A DNA stretch of 64,000 nucleotides from Octopus vulgaris. Its lineage: Eukaryota. The position numbers were made by a program, and so were the translations under genes. The DNA is taken from contig OX597816.1 in the NCBI GenBank assembly GCA_951406725.2, positions 5,022,001-5,086,000 on the forward strand, written 5' to 3'. Shown here one piece after another: positions 23,586 to 35,879 of this stretch (the stretch's first letter is position 1; each line of letters begins with the position of its first letter). The notes under the pieces are model-generated. The model was not told the DNA's origin. It saw nothing but the letters and a program-made list of their open reading frames with translations, and searched no databases.

Positions 23586-25678
23586 TATTTCTTTACTACC
23601 CACAAGGGGCTAAACACAGAGAGGACAGACAAGGAGAGACAAAGTGATTAAGTCGATTACATCGACCCCAGTGCGTAACTGGTACTTAATTTATCTATGA
23701 AAGGAATTTGAACTCAGAACGTAGTAGCAGACGAAATACCTATTTCTTTACTACCCACAAGGGGCTAAACACAGAGAGGACAGACAAGGAGAGACAAAGG
23801 GATTAAGTCGATTACATCGACCCCAGTGCGTAACTGGTACTTAATTTATCTATGAAAGGAATTTGAACTCAGAACGTAGTAGCAGACGAAATACCTATTT
23901 CTTTACTACCCACAAGGGGCTAAACACAGAGAGGACAGACAAGGAGAGACAAAGTGATTAAGTCGATTACATCGACCCCAGTGCGTAACTGGTACTTAAT
24001 TTATCTATGAAAGGAATTTGAACTCAGAACGTAGTAGCAGACGAAATACCTATTTCTTTACTACCCACAAGGGGCTAAACACAGAGAGGACAGACAAGGA
24101 GAGACAAAGTGATTAAGTCGATTACATCGACCCCAGTGCGTAACTGGTACTTAATTTATCTATGAAAGGAATTTGAACTCAGAACGTAGTAGCAGACGAA
24201 ATACCTATTTCTTTACTACCCACAAGGGGCTAAACACAGAGAGGACAGACAAGGAGAGACAAAGTGATTAAGTCGATTACATCGACCCCAGTGCGTAACT
24301 GGTACTTAATTTATCTATGAAAGGAATTTGAACTCAGAACGTAGTAGCAGACGAAATACCTATTTCTTTACTACCCACAAGGGGCTAAACACAGAGAGGA
24401 CAGACAAGGAGAGACAAAGTGATTAAGTCGATTACATCGACCCCAGTGCGTAACTGGTACTTAATTTATCTATGAAAGGAATTTGAACTCAGAACGTAGT
24501 AGCAGACGAAATACCTATTTCTTTACTACCCACAAGGGGCTAAACACAGAGAGGACAGACAAGGAGAGACAAAGTGATTAAGTCGATTACATCGACCCCA
24601 GTGCGTAACTGGTACTTAATTTATCTATGAAAGGAATTTGAACTCAGAACGTAGTAGCAGACGAAATACCTATTTCTTTACTACCCACAAGGGGCTAAAC
24701 ACAGAGAGGACAGACAAGGAGAGACAAAGTGATTAAGTCGATTACATCGACCCCAGTGCGTAACTGGTACTTAATTTATCTATGAAAGGAATTTGAACTC
24801 AGAACGTAGTAGCAGACGAAATACCTATTTCTTTACTACCCACAAGGGGCTAAACACAGAGAGGACAGACAAGGAGAGACAAAGTGATTAAGTCGATTAC
24901 ATCGACCCCAGTGCGTAACTGGTACTTAATTTATCTATGAAAGGAATTTGAACTCAGAACGTAGTAGCAGACGAAATACCTATTTCTTTACTACCCACAA
25001 GGGGCTAAACACAGAGAGGACAGACAAGGAGAGACAAAGTGATTAAGTCGATTACATCGACCCCAGTGCGTAACTGGTACTTAATTTATCTATGAAAGGA
25101 ATTTGAACTCAGAACGTAGTAGCAGACGAAATACCTATTTCTTTACTACCCACAAGGGGCTAAACACAGAGAGGACAGACAAGGACAGACAAACGGATTA
25201 AGTCGATTATATCGAACCCAGTGCGTAACTGGTACTTAATTTATCTATGAAAGGAATTTGAACTCAGAACGTAGTAGCAGACGAAATACCTATTTCTTTA
25301 CTACCCACAAGGGGCTAAACACAGAGAGGACAGACAAGGAGAGACAAAGTGATTAAGTCGATTACATCGACCCCAGTGCGTAACTGGTACTTAATTTATC
25401 TATGAAAGGAATTTGAACTCAGAACGTAGTAGCAGACGAAATACCTATTTCTTTACTACCCACAAGGGGCTAAACACAGAGAGGACAGACAAGGACAGAC
25501 AAACGGATTAAGTCGATTATATCGAACCCAGTGCGTAACTGGTACTTAATTTATCGACCCCGAAAGGATGAAATGCAAAGTCAACCTCGGCGGAATTTGA
25601 ACTCAGAACGTAACGGCAGACGAAATACTGCTAAGCAGTTCACCCGGCGTGCTAACCATTCTACCAGCTCTCTACCTT
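23586..25678 (-). repeat. Tandem array of 155-bp SINE-M-derived units (13 tail copies) ending in one full-headed SINE copy
   Basis: Junction TATGAAAGGA at 23696, 23851, 24006 ... 25401 (12 times, exact 155-bp period); an inverted SINE-M piece at about 23430-23552 precedes the array. Confidence 0.95.
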
Positions 25679-26195
25679 ATCTACAGAGAGAAATATATAA
25701 TTCAGATATGCCTCCAATCAACAGAAGTTATCAAAGAATGGAGAGAAATATAATAATTCTAATTCAGAACTTATCGGTTATTAACTGAATTGTCGTATTT
25801 ACAGTCGGGTGAATCACATTACTTTGGTTATTTGCAGAATCAGTGGCGTGGATCAAGTGTAGATGAACCAAGAATTAAAGCCAGTCTGAATTAGCCAAAC
25901 ACCGATAAAATGTGATGATTGAGTGTTTAAATTATTAATTATAAGATAATGAGTTCTAATCTTAATAATCTTGCATGGGGATTTTAAACAAAGCAAATCT
26001 GTTTTTTCTTTTTTCTTTTTTCTTTTTTAATTTATCAAGGAAAAATATTTACTTTGAACGATTAGCATTAAGAAAGATATCTAACCATTCTTTACAGACA
26101 AGAACATTTTTCAATCTGGTTCTATATTTAAGAGATGAGGAATTATGTACATTATTTACATTTGACGGATATTTGTCCTCATCTTGTTTGTTGTT

Positions 26196-26241
26196 AACAC
26201 AACGTTTTGGCTGATATACCCTCCAGCCTTCATCAGGTGTC
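26196..26241 (-). ncRNA. Minimal type-I hammerhead motif (G12>A in this copy)
   Basis: GACAC-CTGATGA-A-GGCTG[10 nt]CAGCC-AAAA-CG-TT-GTGTT. Confidence 0.7.
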
Positions 26242-26317
26242 TTGGGGAAATTTTGAACCTGGGTTCTCATTCCTAAGGTATTTTTCGATGTTATTATCAT
26301 TATCATCATCATCATCA

Positions 26318-26367
<50 letters not shown>

Positions 26368-26480
26368 ATCGCTGCCTGGAATCGAACTCGGAATCTTGAG
26401 GCTAGTAGCCCACGCTCTTAACCACTACGCCATCTGCACATGGGCATAGGAATGAGAACCCAGGTTCGAAATTTCCCCAA

Positions 26481-26526
26481 GACACCTAATGACGGCAGGA
26501 GGGTATATCAGCCGAAACGTTGTGTT
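26481..26526 (+). ncRNA. Minimal type-I hammerhead motif (G5>A in this copy)
   Basis: GACAC-CTAATGA-C-GGCAG[10 nt]CAGCC-GAAA-CG-TT-GTGTT. Confidence 0.7.
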
Positions 26527-27085
26527 AACAACAAACAAGATGAGGAGAAATATCCATCAAATGTAAATAATGTAAATAATTTTTCAATCTGTGAAGTAAT
26601 CCTAGACTTGATACCCTGGAAGAATACAGAGGAAAAATAAAAGGAGTTTGCTCAAGTAACTCGTGTTAAATCGCTTTAAGACGATGGAATTTAAGGGGAA
26701 TATTTTTCAAGATTCGACAGACCAAGAACGATAAGAAGAAACAAAATGGGTTTACTCTTTGCTGTTGGGATAGAGAAAAGAACCCCATTTGGGACTCTCC
26801 TCTGTTAATGAATCTTCCACTCCATCACAAATCCTAAATGCTGCCATTGAAGGGAGAGATATTGTTTCCGTAATTGATTGGAAACAAAAACGTGAAATAC
26901 CGTAATTTGCTGATAAATTATATTTTTTCCACTTGGAAGAAGATAGCAAAATTTCCTGTAGTGGGTGTTGGCCTTTTTCGTTGGTTTTTACAGTTATTCT
27001 CCATTAGTTATATGCTATTTGTAAATTGCTCATCCAGAGTAATTACACAGCCATAGTTAAAGAATTTGATTATCTAATATAATAT

Positions 27086-27316
27086 CCTATTTCTTTACAA
27101 CCCACAAGGGGCTAAACACAGAGAGGACAAACAAGGACAGACAAACGGATTAAGTCGATTACATCGACCCCAGTGCGTAACTGGTATTTAATTTATCGAC
27201 CCCGAAAGGATGAAAAGCAAAGTCGACCTCGGCGGAATTTGAACTCAAACGAACGGCAGACGAAATACGGCTACGCATTTCGTCCGGCGTGCTAACGTTT
27301 CTGCTAGATCGCCGCC
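27086..27316 (-). mobile_element. SINE family M
   Basis: Full copy; TSD ttatc(t/a)aatataat. Confidence 0.85.
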
Positions 27317-27920
27317 TTATCAAATATAATGAAGCATTCCAAATGTTATAGAATTACTTAAATTCTCGAAAACTTGTTTAAATATCTTGTTCATACAAGA
27401 AATGCAATCATCATTTAGAAATACGATCTCACAATTGATTATCTTAATTTGCTAAGACAATAAATATATATTCAAATAATTCGTGGGGTGCATTTAGAAC
27501 AGTGAGAACAATAAATATATATTCTAATAAATCATGGGGATGCAGGCAGAACAGCGAACGTCCAAACAATATTTATTTATTCTTAATAAGTTCTCACAGA
27601 CTTGAATATGAATATCTGATCGGTGTTGTTTTCTAAATAGAGAACACCTCCTGTTTGCAGACTATGTGTGTTCATAATACAAGTGATTCATTGATGTAAG
27701 CGGAATTTAAGACACAACGCTGTTTCGACCTTATTGTGTGTCACGTCAGTCAAAGCTAAACCATCAGTTTTCAAGGTTAATTGACGCTAGACAAATTTTC
27801 GACTCAAATGGTTGCAGAGTGGTCAGATATTCGGCTTTAGGCTAGATGCTAGATGCTAATTTATCCTGTTTAGGACTTTAAAAAAGTCTCACATCAACTT
27901 CTGCCAGAATGTTACCGAGT

Positions 27921-28159
27921 TTACTCTCTCTTTTTACTCTTTTTACTTGTTTCAGTCATTTGACTGCGGCCATGCTGGAGCACACATTTAGTCAAGCAAA
28001 TCGACCCCGGGACTTATTCTTTGTAAGCCTAGTACTTATTCTATCGGTCTTCTTTGCCGAACCGCTAAGTGACGGGGACGTAAACACACCAGCATCGGTT
28101 GTCAAGCAATACTAGGGGGACAAACACAGACACACAAACACACACACACACACACACAC

Positions 28160-28202
<43 letters not shown>

Positions 28203-28365
28203 GACAGGCTTCTTTCAGTTTCCGTCTACCAAATCCACTCACAAGGCATTGGTCGGCCCGAGGCTATAGCAGAAGACACTTGCCCAAGGTGCCACGCAGT
28301 GGGACTGAACCCAGAACCATGTGGTTGGTTAGCAAGCTACTTACCACACAGCCACTCCTGCGCCT
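27921..28365 (-). mobile_element. SINE family C
   Basis: Full-length reverse copy. Confidence 0.85.
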
Positions 28366-28611
28366 AAATACATAATTATTTCAATCAAAAACATGAGAAT
28401 GTTTCTCTTTCATACGCGCTGTTTCCTCAAAGATAACTGGTACATATTTCCTTATTAAACATTTTCATAACCACTTGTGAGGGAAGTAATTAGGTAACCA
28501 ACTCAGCCTACCATCACTCTCGAGCCTGTATGGCTTGCTAGTGTGTACCATGTTTTTACTAATTGTTGTAGGCGCCTATATAGTTGCGAGCAAAGATACT
28601 CTTTCGGTTCA

Positions 28612-29022
28612 AGGCGGTGAGCTGATAGAATCGTTAACACGCCGGGCGAAATGCTTAGCGGTATTTTGTCTGCCGTTACGTTCTGGGTTCAAATTCCGCC
28701 GAGGTTGACTTTGCCTTTCATTCTTTCGGGGTCGATAAATTAAGTACCAGTTACGCACTGGGGTCGATACAATCGACTTAATCCGTTTGTCTGTCATTGT
28801 TTGCCCTCTCTGTGTTTAGCCCCTTGTGGGTAGTAAAGAAATAGGTATTTCGTCTGCCGTTACGTTCTCAGTCCAAATTCCGCCGAGGTTGACTTTGCCT
28901 TTCATTCTTTCGGGGTCGATAAATTAAGTACCAGTTACGCACTGGGGTCGATGTAATCGACATAATCCCTTTGTCCTTGTTTGTCCCCTCTATGTTTATC
29001 CCCTTGTGGGCAATAAAAAAAT
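28612..29022 (+). mobile_element. SINE family M tandem dimer inside one TSD
   Basis: Full copy joined AAAGAAATA|GGTATTTCG (28843/28844) to a 5'-truncated copy; TSD aagatactctttcg on both sides. Confidence 0.85.
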
Positions 29023-29475
29023 AAGATACTCTTTCGCTCCTTTTACCTTTGTCCTATCGAAACAGCCAGTACAGGGCAGTTAGAAGGAGAGATGCTTTGT
29101 ATCAACCGCAGGCGAGGACTCACTACAGGTGATTAATCTAAAGTAACCCACAGTGAAGTGCCTTGCTCAGAGACACAACGCAATACTCTATCCAAGGAGT
29201 GAACCCATAGTCTAACGATCCATCTAATATCACACTCTAACCACTAGGCCACTCGCCTTCACATGTCACACTTAAGAGGACTGGAAAATGTTTTTATGTG
29301 ACAAATATTCAACGCCTTTAAAATCATCTCAAATTGCTAAGAAAGGATTATTGAAAGCCAGCTCGATTTAATCTGAGAAGTAGATTTATTGGTTTCATTT
29401 CATATAAGAACACACATACGCCTATACTGTCTCACACGCACGCTTACAGCCACATCTTTCTCTCTCAATCAATCA

Positions 29476-29832
<357 letters not shown>

Positions 29833-29835
<3 letters not shown>

Positions 29836-30046
29836 TCTTTTTACTCTTTTACTTGTTTCAGTCATTTGACTGCGGCTATGCTGGAGCACCGCCTTTAGTC
29901 GAGCAAATCGACCCCAGGACTTATTCTTTGTAAGCCCAGTACTTATTCTATCGGTCTCTTTTGCCGAACCGCTAAGTGACGGGGACGTAAACACACCAGC
30001 ATCAGTTGTCATGCAATGCTAGGGGGACAAACACAGACACACAACC

Positions 30047-30081
<35 letters not shown>

Positions 30082-30250
30082 CATATATACAACAGGTTTC
30101 TTTCGGTTTCCGTCTACCAAATCCACTCACAAAGCATTGTTCGGCCCGAGGCTATAGCAGAAGACACTTGCCCAAGATGCCACGCAGTGGGACTGAACCC
30201 GAAACCATGTGGTTGGTTAGCAAGCTACTTACCACACAGTCACTCCTGCG

Positions 30251-30253
<3 letters not shown>
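29833..30253 (-). mobile_element. SINE family C inserted in (TA)n
   Basis: Full reverse copy flanked by (TA)n on both sides. Confidence 0.85.
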
Positions 30254-30309
<56 letters not shown>

Positions 30310-31624
30310 CTCTTTGTCTGTCTATCTCTCCATCTATCGATCAATCGATGTGTGTTGTGTCCTTCAGCAAGTCATTCCATTTCATGTTGCTTCAGTCTCC
30401 TCGAAATCATTAGTATCCTATGATTAGTCGTGATGCAGCTCTGTCTCAATGATAAACATGAGTCGATAGGATGTCTGTCTGCTCACGACTACCTAGACAC
30501 GAAACAACACTCAACGGGAGTGCAGTACGACGTACCATCAAGCAACACACTACTCTGTTACCTGTGACATTAAGCTGAATTCTCTTCATGTCCGTATAAC
30601 TAACAAAACTGACCAACTCAATAGTTTTATTGGATAGTTTGTTGATTGCATAATAATTCCTTGAGCTGTTTAAAATATTTCCATAATTGCTTTACAATTG
30701 ACATGGGTTTTTTGATAAAATCTGCGCTAGTGGGAACATATGAATTGGCACCAGACATTTTCAGTTTGTCGAAACGACAAGAGCAATATTAGCAATGGAA
30801 ACATTGTAGCCGAAAGGCTTGTGATGAGGAAGTTAATGTACTATCATTAGTTTCTGGTTGTGTGTGAAGTTGAGCAGAGGAAAAGGTATTTAGATAAGAA
30901 TATGAATACAATAAATTCAATGATTTCTCAAATTTATCCAAGTGTACAGGCATTGACAGCCGTTTCAGCCTGAGTTGATCTTCCGCTGCAATATCTTGCA
31001 CCAATTCACTCAATCATGAAACATGGCCGACGTGGATTTATTGAAAGACATCAACTCAAATAAGACTTACATTTGCTCGAAACTTTACTTCGATTTATTT
31101 TGTAACGAACTGACGAAATAATCACTTGGAAATATCATATACAATTTGTCACATCCTATCAAGCGGACTATGTACACAAAATAAATTTACTTTTCAGATT
31201 TTCCAACAAAGATATCAAAAAGCAAGGTTTTGTTGTATTTATGCCTTATGTTAGTCTATCCATGCCGTCGAAAATAAACGATCGCTCCTCGTTCACTGTA
31301 GGCAGTCTTCACCGCGAACCACCACCATTTCAAGCGAATTATTTTATCTTTAGTTTACACATGGTTATTTTATCTGCTAGAAACATCAGCTAAATCACGC
31401 TCTACAGTCTTAAAAATCAATCATTAGATAATGTGGTAGAAAAGGTGCTGCCGGGTACAAGAAAAGAGGGGATGGTTACGGGAAAAACGCTTATTAACAC
31501 ATTTAAACATAGGCCAGCTCGATGTGTGCAGCTCTGAACCTACATAGCAACAGTGGGGTTTTTACCTGTCATCCATGATTTACTTCTAACGATTTTCCAC
31601 ATAACTAAAGCATCTAAATACATA

Positions 31625-31857
31625 TATTTCTTTATTGCCCACAAGGGGCTAAACATAGAGGGGACAAACAAGGACAGACAAACGGATTAAGTCGATTATA
31701 TCGACCCCAGTGCGCAACTGGTACTTAATTTATCGACCCCGAAAGGATGAAAGGCAAAGTCGACTTCAGCAGAATTTGAACTCAGTACGTAAAGACGGAC
31801 GAAATACCGCTAAGCATTTCGCCCGGCGTGCTAACGTTTCTGCCAGCTCAGTGCCTT
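31625..31857 (-). mobile_element. SINE family M
   Basis: Full copy; TSD taaagcatctaaata. Confidence 0.85.
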
Positions 31858-32346
31858 AAAGCATCTAAATATATATATTCTCGGTGTCAGCAGTATATAT
31901 TCACGGAGTTTCACTTCATTAAGTATTAAGCATTAAAATAATTACTTTCGGACACTAACCACGATATGACATTCCTTTAAAGAGGCTATTTTCAGATTAA
32001 GAGCAATGCTTACGTGGTTATATATATCTAACTATACACGTATGTATCTATCCATATGTGTATGTATGGAAAATCCAGCTAATACATATTATACACTTCT
32101 TTTAAAGTGAAATTTTCCCAAATATTATTGAGAAAACCTTTGTTTCACCTTTGTTTGATGCTCATAAAAAGGCCAAACGATATCTGTGTCCGACAACGAT
32201 AAAATATTTTCATTTGTAGAGTCTAGGTTTAGTTTACCTCCGTGTCACACTCTTCGCAATCAAGGAATCGTTGAATATTTCTATGTTAACTCTTGAAGAA
32301 CCAAATCAGTACTGCTGTATGATTGAGAATGTTTCACCGCATAATA

Positions 32347-32681
32347 GGCGCAGGAGTGGCTGTGTGGTAAGTAGCTTGTTTACCAACCACATTGTTCCGG
32401 GTTCAGTCCCACTGCGTGGCACCTTGGGCAAGTGTCTTCTACTATAGCCTCGAGCCGACCAAAGCCCTGTGAGTGGATTTGGTAGAGGGAAACTGAAAGA
32501 AGCCCGTCGTATATATGTATATATATATGAGTGTGTGTGTGTGTGTCTGTGTTTGACCCCCTTGCTTGACAACCGATGCTGGTGTGTTTATGTCCCCGTT
32601 ACTTAGCGGTTCGGCAAAAGAGACCGATAGAATAAGTACTGGGCTTACAAAAGTCCCGGAATCGAGTTGCTCGATTAAAGG
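32347..32681 (+). mobile_element. SINE family C, 3' truncated
   Basis: Head and body match the 13211-13630 copy. Confidence 0.8.
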
Positions 32682-33139
32682 GTATAATTTATGTACAAAG
32701 TTCGTAATTTTAAGGGAGTAGTATTGGTTGATTACATCGCTCCTAGTATTTGCGGTGTTAGATGTAGAGCAATAATTCTAAAAAGCTGGTTTAATCCATG
32801 GAACATATATTAATGTATGAAATCGTAAGCAAAGACTTGGTTCTTATGCGTGCTTGTACGTATTTACTGAGCAAAAACATCGTGTTTTTGCAGCCGGCAA
32901 TAAATAAATGTCCAGAAATCGAAAAATGGGGGAGCGGGGTAATTAAAAGAAGAAATGTTAAGGTTTTTTGAAAGGATAAAAATGTCTTCAGGTTTGGATT
33001 CAAAGAAATTACTGCTTTTGGCAAGAAATAAAATATAGAAGGTTTTTAAGTATCCATTTTATAATTCCTGAATAAAACCACTCGTGTTTCTATATAAAGG
33101 TATACAATCATATCATATTATGTTATATTATAGATATAT

Positions 33140-33402
33140 GTGCTGTTGCTTCCCGGTTTCATTGACGTATAGGTTTCCCACCTGGATGGGACGCCAGACC
33201 GTCTCAGGTGAGCTTCTAGATGCAGGAGGAAAGAGTGAGAGAAAGTTGTGGCGAAAGAGTCAGCAGAAGTTCGCCATTACCTTCTGGCGGAGCCGCGTAG
33301 AGTTTAGATGTTTCGCTCATAAACACACACATCGCCCTGTCTGAGATTCGAACTCGCGATCCCTCAACCGCGAGTCCGCTGCTCTAACCATTAGGCCATG
33401 TG
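33140..33402 (-). mobile_element. tRNA(Arg)-like SINE, family R (OR-type), tail variant 1
   Basis: TGGCCTAATGGTTAGAGCAGCGGACTCGCGG...GAGTTCGAATCTC with A/B boxes. Confidence 0.8.
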
Positions 33403-33434
33403 CTATATATTACAAAACACATATAAATACTTAC

Positions 33435-33653
33435 GGATGCCATGAAGACAAGTTCCTTTTGGATCAACTTTGATATGCTTCTCGATAACGCAAGCGACCC
33501 GATGCAATTCACAATGGCTTGGGTACAGGGTACCATCTGAGCCACATACTGGTTTACTGAGACCCCAGCAATAATCTTCGTCGGCACACACACATGTAGA
33601 ACTTTTGCAAACACGTCCGCTGCGGCAGTCCAAATCATCTTCACAATTTTGAG
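33435..33653 (-). CDS. Internal exon of a follistatin-related protein (FSTL1/FSTL4/FSTL5, Mahya-like): FOLN + Kazal domain
   Basis: Acceptor ttctttaatttcag|CT and donor ATCC|gtaagt; 219 nt, phase 1-1. Translation xQNCEDDLDCRSGRVCKSSTCVCADEDYCWGLSKPVCGSDGTLYPSHCELHRVACVIEKHIKVDPKGTCLHGI has 10 Cys and the FSTL-type PVCGSDGxxYxxHCELHRxAC motif. Confidence 0.9.
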
Positions 33654-33854
33654 CTGAAATTAAAGAAACAACAGAATTAAAGAAACAATAAAGCTGTACA
33701 TTTATTTCAAATATAAATATTTAAACGTTTGGAAAAGTCCGTTTTTCCGGGATATAGACATCGATTACTTTTAGTGAAACATTGAGTGATGCTAACAAAA
33801 ATTAAAACTCGTAAAACAGAAACTTTATATTTCATTGTTAGATGTGGAATGGAA

Positions 33855-34234
33855 GCACTCCGTCGGTTACGACGATGAGGGTTCTGGTTGATCCGAATCA
33901 ACGGAACAGCCTGCTCGTGAAATTAACGTGTAAGTGGCTGAGCACTCCACAGACACGTGTACCCTTAACGTAGTTCTCGGGGATATTCAGCGTGACACAG
34001 AGAGTGACAAGGCCGGCCCTTTGAAATACAGGTACAACAGAAACAGGAAGTAAGAGTGAGAGAAAGTTGTGGTGAAAGAGTACAGCAGGGATCACCACCA
34101 TCCCCTGCCGGAGCGTCGTGTAGCTTTTAGGTGTTTTCGCTCAATAACACTCACAACGCCAGGTCTGGGAATCGAAACCGCGATCCTACGACCGCGAGTC
34201 CGCTGCCCTAACCACTGGGCCATTGCGCCTCCAC
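33855..34234 (-). mobile_element. SINE family R, tail variant 2 (...CGTCGTAACCGACGGAGTGC)
   Basis: Full copy beginning GTGGAGGCGCAATGGCCCAGTGGTTAGGGCAGCGGACTCGCGG. Confidence 0.85.
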
Positions 34235-34630
34235 ATTTACTAGATGTATCGAGTCATCAAAAGGTTTGTGTATCTATAATGGTACCATAAATCTTTAGCA
34301 ATAATATCTATCAACTCCTTGTTAGCCTTCTTTCCTTCGGCTATTTTCTCGGTTGCCTATGATTACTTGAGATTTTAGAGGTTTCAAATTACCGATATCG
34401 TTTATACCAATGAGTTTAAAGAATTCTATTAGGTTTTACTGGAGTAAAAGCAAATTTCTTTGACTAAATGGAAAAAAAAACTCCTTTGGGAATCTTTTTA
34501 ACGCCTGAACATGCGGCAGTACAGGAAAAAAAAGCTGGTATCAAAATACAAAGGATGTGTGGCTAGCAAGCTTATCGGTCGAAAGCTTCTTTTGTAAAGT
34601 CGTGCAAATAGACACAGAGATCCAAATAGC

Positions 34631-35058
34631 GGATCTTTTCGGTTTGAACGGCAGTTTTTAACATAATTTCTAGGTAACTAAAAAAATTTTCAACTTCGTA
34701 TACTGGTAGAATGTGTTTATAAAACATCTTTTTCTCTTGGCTTTATTGAGTAAATTCTATAGTTTGTAAGATATTTGTTGCTTTTTTTCTTCAATTTCTG
34801 CAATTTCTACCAATCAATGACATCTATTGAGGTAAACATTCTGTGCTGTATGAATATGTCCCTCGTTTAAGAAACAGATTGGGTTTATTTACATTTGTGA
34901 AGAAAAAAAGATACCCTTCCCCCCACCCTTAACCCTTAACCCTAACCCTAACCCTAAAACAGATTGAAATGCAATAGATCGATACTAGGGTCATAATTAT
35001 GTGTGACAATTTCATATGACACCGCTAGAAAAAACTGCCGTTCAAACCGAAAAGATCC
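34631..35058. mobile_element. MITE with 29-bp TIRs, GG...CC termini, 8-bp TSD (Merlin-like) and an internal (CCCTAA)n tract
   Basis: GGATCTTTTCGGTTTGAACGGCAGTTTTT / AAAAACTGCCGTTCAAACCGAAAAGATCC; TSD caaatagc at 34623-34630 and 35059-35066. Confidence 0.9.
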
Positions 35059-35879
35059 CAAATAGCATTTGAGAGAGTAGTAGAAAAATTAATATTAGTG
35101 TAAGTGGCTTCAACTCGGGATTGAAACTGCACTGACCTCTCCATTTAACAAGATCTTCTACACATACACACACAAATGTATGTATTAATTTCTTATGTAT
35201 ACAGTTTAAACCTTAATTGCATTCAACTTCAGCTCCTCTGACCATATCAAACTTTCATTTATTCCTATCTTAGTCTTACCCAAGAACACACCTGGCTATT
35301 TTCTCAAGACTTTCTCTCTTTTAGAAATGTCTCCTCCGCCTGGAACAATCTCTACTCACGTGTGTTCCCACAAATTTATTCACTCACTAGAATTCTTCGA
35401 AAAGATAACGCCAAACTTATCCAGTCATCCCGACCGACTAAAAACAAATATTCCTCAGACAGAATTAGTTATTTAAATATTTGAGAACAGAATGTAAACA
35501 AATATAAAGAAAAAAAAAAAGATAAGGAACAAGAATAAAAACGATATGGAGGTCAAGGAAGCAGAAACATAATAAACTCGATGAATTTTTTGTTGTTTCT
35601 TCTCTTTCATAATTTCCTCTCTTTCCGTCTACATCTCATAATTCTAAGTAGGAACCGAATGGCGCCAGACTAATGTATTTCACATTATTTAGTACCGCAC
35701 AAGTGCGATGGTTTGCCAGCTTCGTTAGAGCATTGGTGTTTAGTTACGGCTGTTTACGATCTTAATTCAAATCTTGTCGATGTCAAATTTGCCTCTCGTT
35801 ATTTCGGGGCAGCAAAAAAAAAAAAAAAAAAAAATTGTAGTAATTACTGATCAAATACTGGGGATAGGTATTGGCTTCA

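Larger units (their letters stand above)
26119..26578. mobile_element. Family P hammerhead SINE: full minus copy plus inverted plus-strand tail
   Basis: Minus copy 26119-26439; junction TGCACATGGGCA; plus-strand tail 26447-26578. 13-bp TSD atttttcaatctg at 26106-26118 and 26579-26591. Confidence 0.85.

Noticed and set aside
23586-25678. CRISPR-like regular array
   Set aside because: Units are identical end to end with no unique spacers, are SINE-derived, and the context is eukaryotic with no cas genes.
27712-27765. Hammerhead-like CTGACGT-GAC...GTC-GAAAC on the minus strand
   Set aside because: Core A9 is altered, stems I and III do not pair convincingly, and it is single copy.
31071-31109. 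39-nt minus-strand phase 1-1 micro-exon candidate (tttcgtcag|...AAAT|gtaagt)
   Set aside because: Joining it to the 8552 exon creates T+AG = stop; there is no other support.
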